Part shown: positions 57,239-64,000 of the stretch, one piece after another | Numbering within the stretch: the stretch's first letter is position 1 | Layout: each line of letters starts with the position of its first letter | Source of the DNA: Candidatus Omnitrophota bacterium | GTDB taxonomy: Bacteria; Omnitrophota; Gorgyraeia; Zapsychrales; Fredricksoniimonadaceae | Length of the DNA stretch: 64,000 bases | NCBI GenBank assembly: GCA_028865345.1 | Contig: JAGWKL010000002.1 | Span: 128,665 to 192,664, forward strand | Direction: 5' to 3' | Program-made: the position numbers and the translations under genes | The notes under the pieces: model-generated | Seen by the model: the letters and a program-made list of their open reading frames with translations, nothing else | Databases searched by the model: none | What the model was told of the DNA's origin: nothing

Positions 57239-57253
57239 GGTTCTTTTGAAAAG

Positions 57254-57336
57254 CCCCCCGCGCCTCTTCCTTGATTATAAAGGAAGTTTTAAAGCCCAGG
57301 AGGAGAAGGCCTGAGTTTAAATAAGGCGCGAGGGGG
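57254..57336 (-). ncRNA. Candidate three-way-junction cis-regulatory RNA
   Basis: Three nested helices 15 nt upstream of the ATG (see findings). Confidence 0.4.
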
Positions 57337-57363
57337 AAATAAGACCGTTCTGGCAAACGTAAC

Positions 57364-57390
57364 CATTTGCTTACATCTTGTAAACAAATG
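57364..57390. promoter_or_regulatory. 12-3-12 inverted repeat, possible operator
   Basis: CATTTGCTTACA-TCT-TGTAAACAAATG, one mismatch. Confidence 0.5.
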
Positions 57391-57417
57391 CTTACTATAA
57401 AAATATACTAACAAACC

Positions 57418-57813
57418 CTATTTGTCAATTTTATTTCCGTCTAAACTGCAGAGGCCGGAGCCGAAATAAGCGATCAACAAAGCCGCCCCCAGCATGGAAG
57501 TGTTCTTGAGAAAATTGACCATCTGCATCTGCCTCATCATCGGATCGCTGACTGCCCAAAAATTATGCATCATCAAGGTCACGGGAACCAAAAATACCAC
57601 CAACATCCAGGCCCCCCAGCGCGTCTTATAGCCCAACAGGATGCATACCCCTCCCAAAAGCGCCAAAATGCCCGCCAAAGGCACAAGGACGTGGGCCATA
57701 GGCACGCCATGCTTGGCCGCGAAACCTATGACCGGTCGGGTAAAATCATTGAACGACGAAAGGATAAAAATCAAGGAATACAATATTCTCCCCAACAAGA
57801 CAATGAATTCCAT
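57418..57813 (-). CDS. DoxX family membrane protein
   Basis: LGRIL, LLGYKTR, HNFW and FLKN. Confidence 0.9.
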   Translation of the reverse strand: MEFIVLLGRILYSLIFILSSFNDFTRPVIGFAAKHGVPMAHVLVPLAGILALLGGVCILLGYKTRWGAWMLVVFLVPVTLMMHNFWAVSDPMMRQMQMVNFLKNTSMLGAALLIAYFGSGLCSLDGNKIDK

Positions 57814-57825
57814 TCACCCTCCTTT

Positions 57826-58266
57826 TTAGATTTTTTGCCCGCTGTGTTCAAAAACAACCAAATTCCCCGTGAATTCCAGAAGAGTACTTTCATAGGGCAC
57901 ATAGGTCGTGGGGTGGTAGTAATACCACCCGTAATAACCGGGAACAACATATGTCCCCATATAGGGAACGGCACGGGTGACGGCGTCGATGACGGCATCG
58001 GCGCCTTTCTTTCTGGCGACCCTGACCGCCTCCTGCGACAGCAGGCCCGGCGTAACATCATTGGCGGCATCTCCCTGAATATCCACTTTCCCGATGACCT
58101 GATATGGCGGGGACACGGGAAGCTTATGGGACGGGGAATAAACCGGGATAAAATAATTCTCCGGTTTGGGAGGATAAGAATGATTGGTATAAGAAAAATA
58201 TCTTAGGCTTGTCGCGCAACCAGCCAAGCTCAGCACCGTCAAAATGACCAAAGAAATCTTTTTCAT
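57826..58266 (-). CDS. Lipoprotein; paralog of 36080-36454
   Basis: Lipobox LAGC, YQVIGKV and ARKKGADAVI. Confidence 0.8.
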   Translation of the reverse strand: MKKISLVILTVLSLAGCATSLRYFSYTNHSYPPKPENYFIPVYSPSHKLPVSPPYQVIGKVDIQGDAANDVTPGLLSQEAVRVARKKGADAVIDAVTRAVPYMGTYVVPGYYGWYYYHPTTYVPYESTLLEFTGNLVVFEHSGQKI

Positions 58267-58295
58267 TTTTGCCTCCTTCATGAAGCGTCTTGCGC

Positions 58296-58733
58296 TTACA
58301 TGCCATCGAACACCTTGGTCCCACCCAAATATCCCTGAAAAATAAGGAGCGCGACAAAGGCAAAACCGAATAAAAGATATAGCCCGGAAACTTTTTGATC
58401 TTGACGGTTAAATTTCAAACGCCATGACATCAGGCCTATTAAAAGCACCGCCAGGCTTGTGCCCAGCCACTTATGCATGGTCATGCCCGGATCGCCGTTA
58501 TCGTCCTTCATCCAAAAAAGCCATCCCGCGGCAACTGTAAAAGGAGTGATGAGGGCTGCATACAGCATCGTCAACCGGCCAGTGTCCTGCAGAGGCCTGC
58601 TTTTCAGGCAAACAGCCAGTAGATCGCTGGCCACCGATGTGGGGACCAAAGCCGCCGTAAAATTAACAAGGATGGGATGCAATTTGGTCACTGTCACGAA
58701 GTGTTTCATTGCCGCCAGAACATGTATATCCAT
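58296..58733 (-). CDS. DUF2231 membrane protein
   Basis: LHPILVNF, HKWLG and GYLGG. Confidence 0.8.
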   Translation of the reverse strand: MDIHVLAAMKHFVTVTKLHPILVNFTAALVPTSVASDLLAVCLKSRPLQDTGRLTMLYAALITPFTVAAGWLFWMKDDNGDPGMTMHKWLGTSLAVLLIGLMSWRLKFNRQDQKVSGLYLLFGFAFVALLIFQGYLGGTKVFDGM

Positions 58734-58766
58734 TGGACGTCCTTTCTTCATCAGCCGATGTCGGTT

Positions 58767-59258
58767 TTATCTTTTGTACTGAATGAGTATACCGATTATA
58801 AATAATAAAGCCAACAAAAGCAATTTTAAGTATGCGCCTGCATGGATACTCTGGACGATGAACATGGCCCCTATAAAAGAGGAAATAATGACCAGCGCCG
58901 GATTGAAAAAAATGGCCAGAAAAACACTTCCTAATATTCCGCTTATCACGACAAGCATCCACCAGAGATCGCTCGTGCCGGCTGGAACAAAATAATTCCA
59001 CAGACCTGTAAATATATAGATGCCCGCCAAAAAACCGACGCATAGGAGAGCCAAACCCTGAAAAAACAAGACGAGGACCAAACCGACCAACCCGCACATC
59101 AAACCCGCAGCCACTGCCTGCCAGGCCGGCAAGCCGAATATAAAATACGCGCCAGCTTCGTATCCGACCCAAAAACCCAAAGCGCAGATAAAAAACCAAA
59201 AAAGCTGCTCGCCTGCGGCCAACATTAGGATGCCGATCAATAGTTTTACGGCCGCCAT
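58767..59258 (-). CDS. DUF4203-like membrane protein
   Basis: Gly-rich multi-TM protein with SSFIGA and a GILIQ end. Confidence 0.75.
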   Translation of the reverse strand: MAAVKLLIGILMLAAGEQLFWFFICALGFWVGYEAGAYFIFGLPAWQAVAAGLMCGLVGLVLVLFFQGLALLCVGFLAGIYIFTGLWNYFVPAGTSDLWWMLVVISGILGSVFLAIFFNPALVIISSFIGAMFIVQSIHAGAYLKLLLLALLFIIGILIQYKR

Positions 59259-59426
59259 AAGATTTTCCTTAAAAGACTTATATTACCGTCCGGGCATTCT
59301 TTCTGTGTACCCCCTTGTTTTAATACCAAACAGATTAATGAAAGATTAAATCAGCATTAAAAACCCCTAAGCGGGATTCATCTTATTTTAACCTTCGCTT
59401 CATTCCCCTTTTGCTGCAATACTTGC

Positions 59427-59675
59427 GTGCATCAACAATTGGAATCCAAACAACAGCCCTTGGCAACCATTCCCATGGCCGGTGGCTTTACCGAATTGGG
59501 AGCCGTCAGCCGTGTCAAGGCCCTAAGAATAAACGGAAAAAAACACAGTCATAACGCCATCAGGGGCAACATCAAAGGGTCCATCGCGGGCAACCCTCAA
59601 GATGACGCCCCTCTTATGCCGGGAGATGTCGTGGTGGTTTCAGAGGGGATATTTAAGAAATATTTTATCGTTTAA
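59427..59675 (+). pseudogene. Remnant of a polysaccharide export (Wza/SLBB) gene
   Basis: Only a C-terminal SLBB segment (MAGGFT...LMPGDVVVV); no N-terminal domain or clear SD. Confidence 0.6.
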
Positions 59676-59847
59676 ATCGAACATCCTTGACCAGGGGGCT
59701 TAACTTTTTTTCGACGATCTCATTGAGGCCGTAGTTTTCAAGCCTTTTTTGCGCCTCCGCCGATGAAAGCCCGTCCTTCGTGCAGGACAATGCCTTCAGC
59801 AGCTCATCGGCAGAGGTATTTTTCGCCTCTTTCTCGTCCATTTCCAT
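59665..59847 (-). pseudogene. N-terminal remnant of a cation-transporting P-type ATPase
   Basis: Cation_ATPase_N motif DGLSSAEAQKRLENYGLNEI, then a stop at 60 aa. Confidence 0.75.
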
Positions 59848-59859
59848 CCTTTGCGATTG

Positions 59860-60096
59860 TTAATATCCAAGGTCCTTTTTCATTTGTGCAAACTCTTGCG
59901 AATTGATCTCCCCTGAAGCATATCTTCTTTTAAGGATATCGAGAGGGGCTTCTTTGGCATCATTCTTGGGACCCTGAGGTTCCGAACGGTGCTTGATCAA
60001 AATGACCAAACAGCAAATGATCAAGACCCAAAACAAAAAGGTAAACAAAGACCCCCACCACCAACCAAAGCCGTTCCAACAGTACGATGACCACAT
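59860..60096 (-). CDS. SHOCT domain membrane protein
   Basis: TM followed by PLDILKRRYASGEINSQEF; AAGGAGGT SD. Confidence 0.88.
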   Translation of the reverse strand: MWSSYCWNGFGWWWGSLFTFLFWVLIICCLVILIKHRSEPQGPKNDAKEAPLDILKRRYASGEINSQEFAQMKKDLGY

Positions 60097-60186
60097 AGAC
60101 TACCTCCTTGGTAAAACCAAAAATCGTTTTCTTTTTGTATGATAAAATTGCAGGTTATCGCTGTCAATAAAAAATCCGGCAGGGAG

Positions 60187-60369
60187 TCAATTGGACGGTT
60201 TGACGATCTTACTCTTTTCCTTCCTTTTCTTAAGAAGAGGGTCTTTAATGTCCGTTCTTAAAGGGAACTCGAATTTATCTTTTAAAACACATCCGATTCC
60301 GCCCGGAAAGCACGCCGTTTTACGGCGCCTGCAGAAATCATCAGATCTTCTATGCCGGCAGTCCCACAT
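60187..60369 (-). CDS. Small 4-Cys hypothetical protein
   Basis: WDC..FC..ACFPGGIGCVL; GGAAGGAG SD. Confidence 0.6.
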   Translation of the reverse strand: MWDCRHRRSDDFCRRRKTACFPGGIGCVLKDKFEFPLRTDIKDPLLKKRKEKSKIVKPSN

Positions 60370-60425
60370 TTAAGGTCTCTCCTTCCTAAAAATCATCCCC
60401 ATTGCCGTCAGTATACCATGATGTT

Positions 60426-61169
60426 TCATTGACGAATCGTCCAAAAATCGTCGGCCAGGGTCTCCAGATAGGCATAGGGCATGGTAAAGTAACCGGCTTG
60501 GCCCCACTGCGTACCCCAGGAATTGCGCACGATAAAACGTTTCTGTTTCTGGTCATACCCGGCGGCCATAACCGCGTGCCCCCCTAAGACCTTTTCCGAT
60601 CTTTTGGGCATGGGCACAATGCCGGTTTGGGTGACTTTAGGGCTTTCAAAACTCTCATAAACGCTAAACCCGAATACGAAGGGAAAACCGTCGGCCAGGC
60701 AGTTGAGCATTTCGGAAAGCGTCGCCAAACGGTGATAGGAAACGATACGGCGTTTAAGGGCCTCTTTGTAACAGGCTGTTGCGGGCTTGCGGGTGAATTG
60801 GGAAATATCATACGGCCAGGCGGATTCGGGACAAACGCCGTATTTAGCCAGGCTTTTGATGCCATCGCGGATCATGGCTCCGGAATCATAGCCCACCGTC
60901 CCTTCAATGGAGCGCTCGTTATAATAAATAAAGAGCCGGCTTAAATCCTTATAAGACTTACCATTGATCTCTTCCAGGAATTGCAGATTTCCTGCCAGGG
61001 CATTGGCCGTGCAGCTTCCCAACCTGCCCTGGTTTTCTATCGGCGAATCCTCGCTCCTTAAATCGACTCTGGAAGGCAATTTGATTTTTGGGGCAATGGC
61101 GCTATAGAGATAATCTCTATGGTCCGGCCTGTCCGGGACCCAACCGTAAACTGGGGACTGTTTCATCAA
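60426..61169 (-). CDS. C1 (papain-like) cysteine peptidase
   Basis: QGRLGSCTANA, SRLFIYYNER, GGHAV and RNSWG; no signal peptide. Confidence 0.93.
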   Translation of the reverse strand: MMKQSPVYGWVPDRPDHRDYLYSAIAPKIKLPSRVDLRSEDSPIENQGRLGSCTANALAGNLQFLEEINGKSYKDLSRLFIYYNERSIEGTVGYDSGAMIRDGIKSLAKYGVCPESAWPYDISQFTRKPATACYKEALKRRIVSYHRLATLSEMLNCLADGFPFVFGFSVYESFESPKVTQTGIVPMPKRSEKVLGGHAVMAAGYDQKQKRFIVRNSWGTQWGQAGYFTMPYAYLETLADDFWTIRQ

Positions 61170-61197
61170 AGGCTCCTCTCGGGTATGGGGGGATTGG

Positions 61198-61224
61198 TTG
61201 GCCTGTCCCCAGACTCGGGGACCT
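61198..61224. repeat. Palindromic element copy abutting a pilin stop codon
   Basis: TTGGCCTGTCCCC-AGACTC-GGGGACCT. Confidence 0.7.
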
Positions 61225-61984
61225 ACATGCTTGCCTGTTGTGGAACAACGCTTCCGGAAACCTGGACTTCGGGGTTATCCACCGGGTCTTTGGAAACGGC
61301 CGCAGTGCTTCCTTGACCGCAATTTGTCGCGTCAGAATTATCGAGGCAGTTTAAGATATTGATGCTGAAGAGCAATTGAGAGCCATTCGCAATAAAGGAA
61401 GGCGAAGATGCAAGGCTGGTTCCGGCCGTACTGGTAATGCTGTAGGCTGTACCGAGAAAGGTTATGGTATTTCCTGTTGTGGGGTCCGGAAGAAGGTTGC
61501 CGCCGGCTGTGCTGCAACTGGAAGCGCCCCTGGGATCTGCCCCGGCAGTATATTTTTCAGCACACCATCTGATTTGATAAGGATACGTGGGATCTGTGGA
61601 CGGATACCACTGGTAACATAACCAAATATCCCCACCGGCATAATTGATCAGATTATTGCCATTGCCTTGAGGCTGATGGATACAAAATGTATGCGCATCA
61701 GTTACTGTGGTCCCTGTCGAGCCTGTATTGAGCGCCATCCCTGGCACAAGAATGGCCTCGTCATTGGCATTGGCGCTGCCGACAGCCAAAGAAGCATTAT
61801 TAAGCATGTGATTTAAAGCGGCCTGTGTTTCTGACTTAAGAAAATACTTCTGCCCATAATCCTGATTGCTGTTTCTCAGCGCTGAATTAACGGCCATAAT
61901 ACCGGATATAATAACGACAACCAGGAGTGTTGCAACGATCAATTCAATGAGGGTAATGGCCCGGTTGGAAAATACCCTTTTCAT
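61223..61984 (-). CDS. Type IV minor pilin (PilW-like)
   Basis: Prepilin cleavage site RA/ITLIEL; ATGA overlap with the upstream gene. Confidence 0.8.
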   Translation of the reverse strand: MKRVFSNRAITLIELIVATLLVVVIISGIMAVNSALRNSNQDYGQKYFLKSETQAALNHMLNNASLAVGSANANDEAILVPGMALNTGSTGTTVTDAHTFCIHQPQGNGNNLINYAGGDIWLCYQWYPSTDPTYPYQIRWCAEKYTAGADPRGASSCSTAGGNLLPDPTTGNTITFLGTAYSITSTAGTSLASSPSFIANGSQLLFSINILNCLDNSDATNCGQGSTAAVSKDPVDNPEVQVSGSVVPQQASM

Positions 61985-62472
61985 GGCATACTTGTCCAAT
62001 TGATATTCAAATCGACCCTGCGGGCCACGCCGGCATCGACGGCGGTAATGGTGCCGCAGGTAGCGGTGCCGTCCCCGCAGCTGACGACATAGGACAGGCA
62101 TGGAGTGACGCCGATGTCAGGGCATGAATTCGAAGCAGAGATGGCCGGAGGCCATTTTAAACCGGACGCTGTTAACGTGGCATTATTGACTTCATGGGTC
62201 CCCAACTCCAAAGATAAACCCGTGCAAACCGGTGAGCAGGTGGCATAAAAATTGGCAGCACTGTTGGCGCTCACCGAAGAACGCAGGTTCTCAAGCACCT
62301 GCTTTCCGAAAACAGCCGCTGCCAGGGCATTCTCTTTGTCGTTCGCCGGAGTGCGCGTGGTGTTCAGGGTGGCAAAAATTCCGGCGATGGAAACGACAAA
62401 AATGACCGCCGCCAGTAAAACTTCCAGCAACGAAAACGCCTGTTCATTCAAATTTTTTTCTTGCATAAGCAT
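61981..62472 (-). CDS. Type IV minor pilin (PilV-like)
   Basis: QA/FSLLEV, QVLENLR and a C-terminal RRVDLNINW. Confidence 0.82.
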   Translation of the reverse strand: MLMQEKNLNEQAFSLLEVLLAAVIFVVSIAGIFATLNTTRTPANDKENALAAAVFGKQVLENLRSSVSANSAANFYATCSPVCTGLSLELGTHEVNNATLTASGLKWPPAISASNSCPDIGVTPCLSYVVSCGDGTATCGTITAVDAGVARRVDLNINWTSMP

Positions 62473-62930
62473 CAAGGGCACCAACCGCTATCGCCTGCCG
62501 CAGGTACGCAAACAGGATTTGAATTATTGGTTAAGTTTACCGGCGCATTGGTCACAGTAATCGTAATGTTCGGCCTGGTCGCCTTACAGGAAAACCCGGA
62601 CGCATCCGTGACGCAGGAATACGTGTATGATCCGTCATCCTCGATATCCAGGGACAAATTGCAATTGATGGCCGCCAATGTATCCCCGCAGTGGGTGTCA
62701 GAGGCATTGCAGGCAGGAGTTGCGGCTGAGGTGGCAATGCAATATCCATTGTTATTGTTATAATAATTCCGTTGGGCGCTGTAAATGGCCAATAAATTAT
62801 TCCGGGCTGTCGTCGCCTTTGCCTGCTCCGTGGGAGCGACATAACTGGGCAAAAGAAACGCCATCACAAGCCCTATGATAAACAGGACCACAATCAGTTC
62901 GATCAACGTGAACCCAGCCCTGTAAGGCAT
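62472..62930 (-). CDS. Type IV pilin (PilE-like), Cys-rich
   Basis: AG/FTLIEL and 8 Cys. Confidence 0.85.
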   Translation of the reverse strand: MPYRAGFTLIELIVVLFIIGLVMAFLLPSYVAPTEQAKATTARNNLLAIYSAQRNYYNNNNGYCIATSAATPACNASDTHCGDTLAAINCNLSLDIEDDGSYTYSCVTDASGFSCKATRPNITITVTNAPVNLTNNSNPVCVPAAGDSGWCP

Positions 62931-62999
62931 AAATATATATACCCCCCTATTTAAATTTATAACATACAAAAGAAGACAGGTCAAATATGGCTGCCAAAA

Positions 63000-63455
63000 T
63001 CAGGGACAGGTGAGGCCGGTGCCGCTGTGAGAACAGGCCAGGTTGCCGTTGATGTCCACGGTCAATGTGTTGGCCTGGCTTGCGGGTATGGTCACTGCAG
63101 TAACCGCTGTGCACTGCAACACATTTCCAGGGGCTGTGCAGCTATAAGCAAATCCGTCAGTGTCAGCGGCCATGCTTATCCGCAAGTTGGAACTGAGGTG
63201 CGACTGGGAATCTCCGCAAAAGCCGGCATGGCCTGTGGGGTTTGCGCCGGTCGAGATACAATACGAACTGTAATCTTCATAAAATTTTGATTGCGCGGCG
63301 GCAATGGCCCTTAAATTGTTCTCCACGAGCTGCACCCTGGCTGTCCATTCCTGGTTAAAATAACTTGGGATGGCGATGGCGGCCAGAGCACCGATGATCA
63401 CCAAAACAACCAAAAGTTCTATCAGGGTAAAACCGCTTTTAAATGATTTTTTCAT
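63000..63455 (-). CDS. Type IV pilin (PilE-like), Cys-rich
   Basis: SG/FTLIELLVV..IAIPSY. Confidence 0.88.
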   Translation of the reverse strand: MKKSFKSGFTLIELLVVLVIIGALAAIAIPSYFNQEWTARVQLVENNLRAIAAAQSKFYEDYSSYCISTGANPTGHAGFCGDSQSHLSSNLRISMAADTDGFAYSCTAPGNVLQCTAVTAVTIPASQANTLTVDINGNLACSHSGTGLTCP

Positions 63456-63460
63456 ATCTT

Positions 63461-63499
63461 AAAAAAAAGGCAGCCCCGCGTCCGGCGGAGCTGCCTTTT
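63461..63499 (-). terminator. Strong intrinsic terminator after the probable major pilin
   Basis: AAAAGGCAGCTCCGC-CGGAC-GCGGGGCTGCC followed by an 8-T run. Confidence 0.88.
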
Positions 63500-63517
63500 C
63501 AACACCAAACATCAACT

Positions 63518-63988
63518 CTAACAAATACCGGTATATGGACTGGCACTACCGGTAGCACATGACCAAATGCCAGCAGCATTCCTGGTAAGCGTGATCGTTT
63601 TAGCACCAGCATCCGTGGCCACAAGAGTATAGGTTGCAGTGCCTGCCGAGACCGTTCCTGCCGGAGCAACGGCTGTTCCTAAAGTTGCACTTTGTGCTAC
63701 GACAGCAGGTGCAATCGAAACAGTCCAGCCATTTTGAGCGCCGGCATTAAGATTTTGGCCTGCTAAGGTGCACTGCCCAGCATTAGGCAAGGTGGTGTAA
63801 TGTGCCTGAAGACAGGACTCGATAGGCGTTTTATAGCTGTCCAGCAAGGTCAACGCCTGGGCACCGGCGCTTTTTTGGATATTACTGAAGAGGTTAGGCA
63901 ACGCAATGGCCGCCAAAATACCCACTATGATCAAAACAACGATAATTTCTATCAATGTAAAACCGCTGTTATTGCCGATTTTTTTCAT
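63518..63988 (-). CDS. pilA: Type IV pilin, probably the major pilin
   Basis: SG/FTLIEIIVV..IALP, AGGAG SD and its own terminator. Confidence 0.8.
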   Translation of the reverse strand: MKKIGNNSGFTLIEIIVVLIIVGILAAIALPNLFSNIQKSAGAQALTLLDSYKTPIESCLQAHYTTLPNAGQCTLAGQNLNAGAQNGWTVSIAPAVVAQSATLGTAVAPAGTVSAGTATYTLVATDAGAKTITLTRNAAGIWSCATGSASPYTGIC

Positions 63989-64000
63989 GCTAGGTCTCCT

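Noticed and set aside
57351-57370. TGGCA...TTGC resembling a sigma54 promoter (also TGGCA at 54210)
   Set aside because: The spacing does not fit GG-N10-GC.
7037-61224. Palindromic repeats as a possible CRISPR array
   Set aside because: The copies are dispersed over tens of kb, are not regularly spaced, and no cas genes are present.

Overview
This is a gene-dense bacterial chromosome segment of roughly 50% GC, with most genes on the minus strand. I found no rRNA, tRNA, CRISPR array, transposase or prophage. The gene content suggests a diderm, anaerobic or microaerobic PVC-group organism such as Candidatus Omnitrophota; this is an inference and was not tested. Central metabolism genes are purU, PFOR/nifJ with a DHOD-like partner, ppc, purE, glgP and a probable GH161-type glucan phosphorylase. 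Larger clusters are a MoxR/Bat operon, a Zur-type metal cluster with two matching operator palindromes, an ExbB-ExbD-TPR-vWA-aspartyl protease operon, a membrane-anchored AmmeMemoRadiSam radical SAM locus, a MarR-TolC-EmrAB efflux operon, amt-glnK and a type IV pilin cluster. Two gene remnants meet at a probable deletion scar. The most notable observations are: (1) a four-helix leader upstream of amt-glnK carrying three ANTAR-type A-x-x-G-x-x hexaloop hairpins; (2) a proton-motor operon whose TonB-like partner ends in a vWA domain and is coupled to a protease; (3) a short palindrome family that also sits in frame inside three proteins; (4) a Zur-boxed cluster combining zinc uptake with copper chaperones and a possible metal-sensing leader peptide; (5) an unassigned three-way-junction RNA. 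Start codons were adjusted by eye from SD sites and gene overlaps. All family calls come from motif recognition, not database searches.
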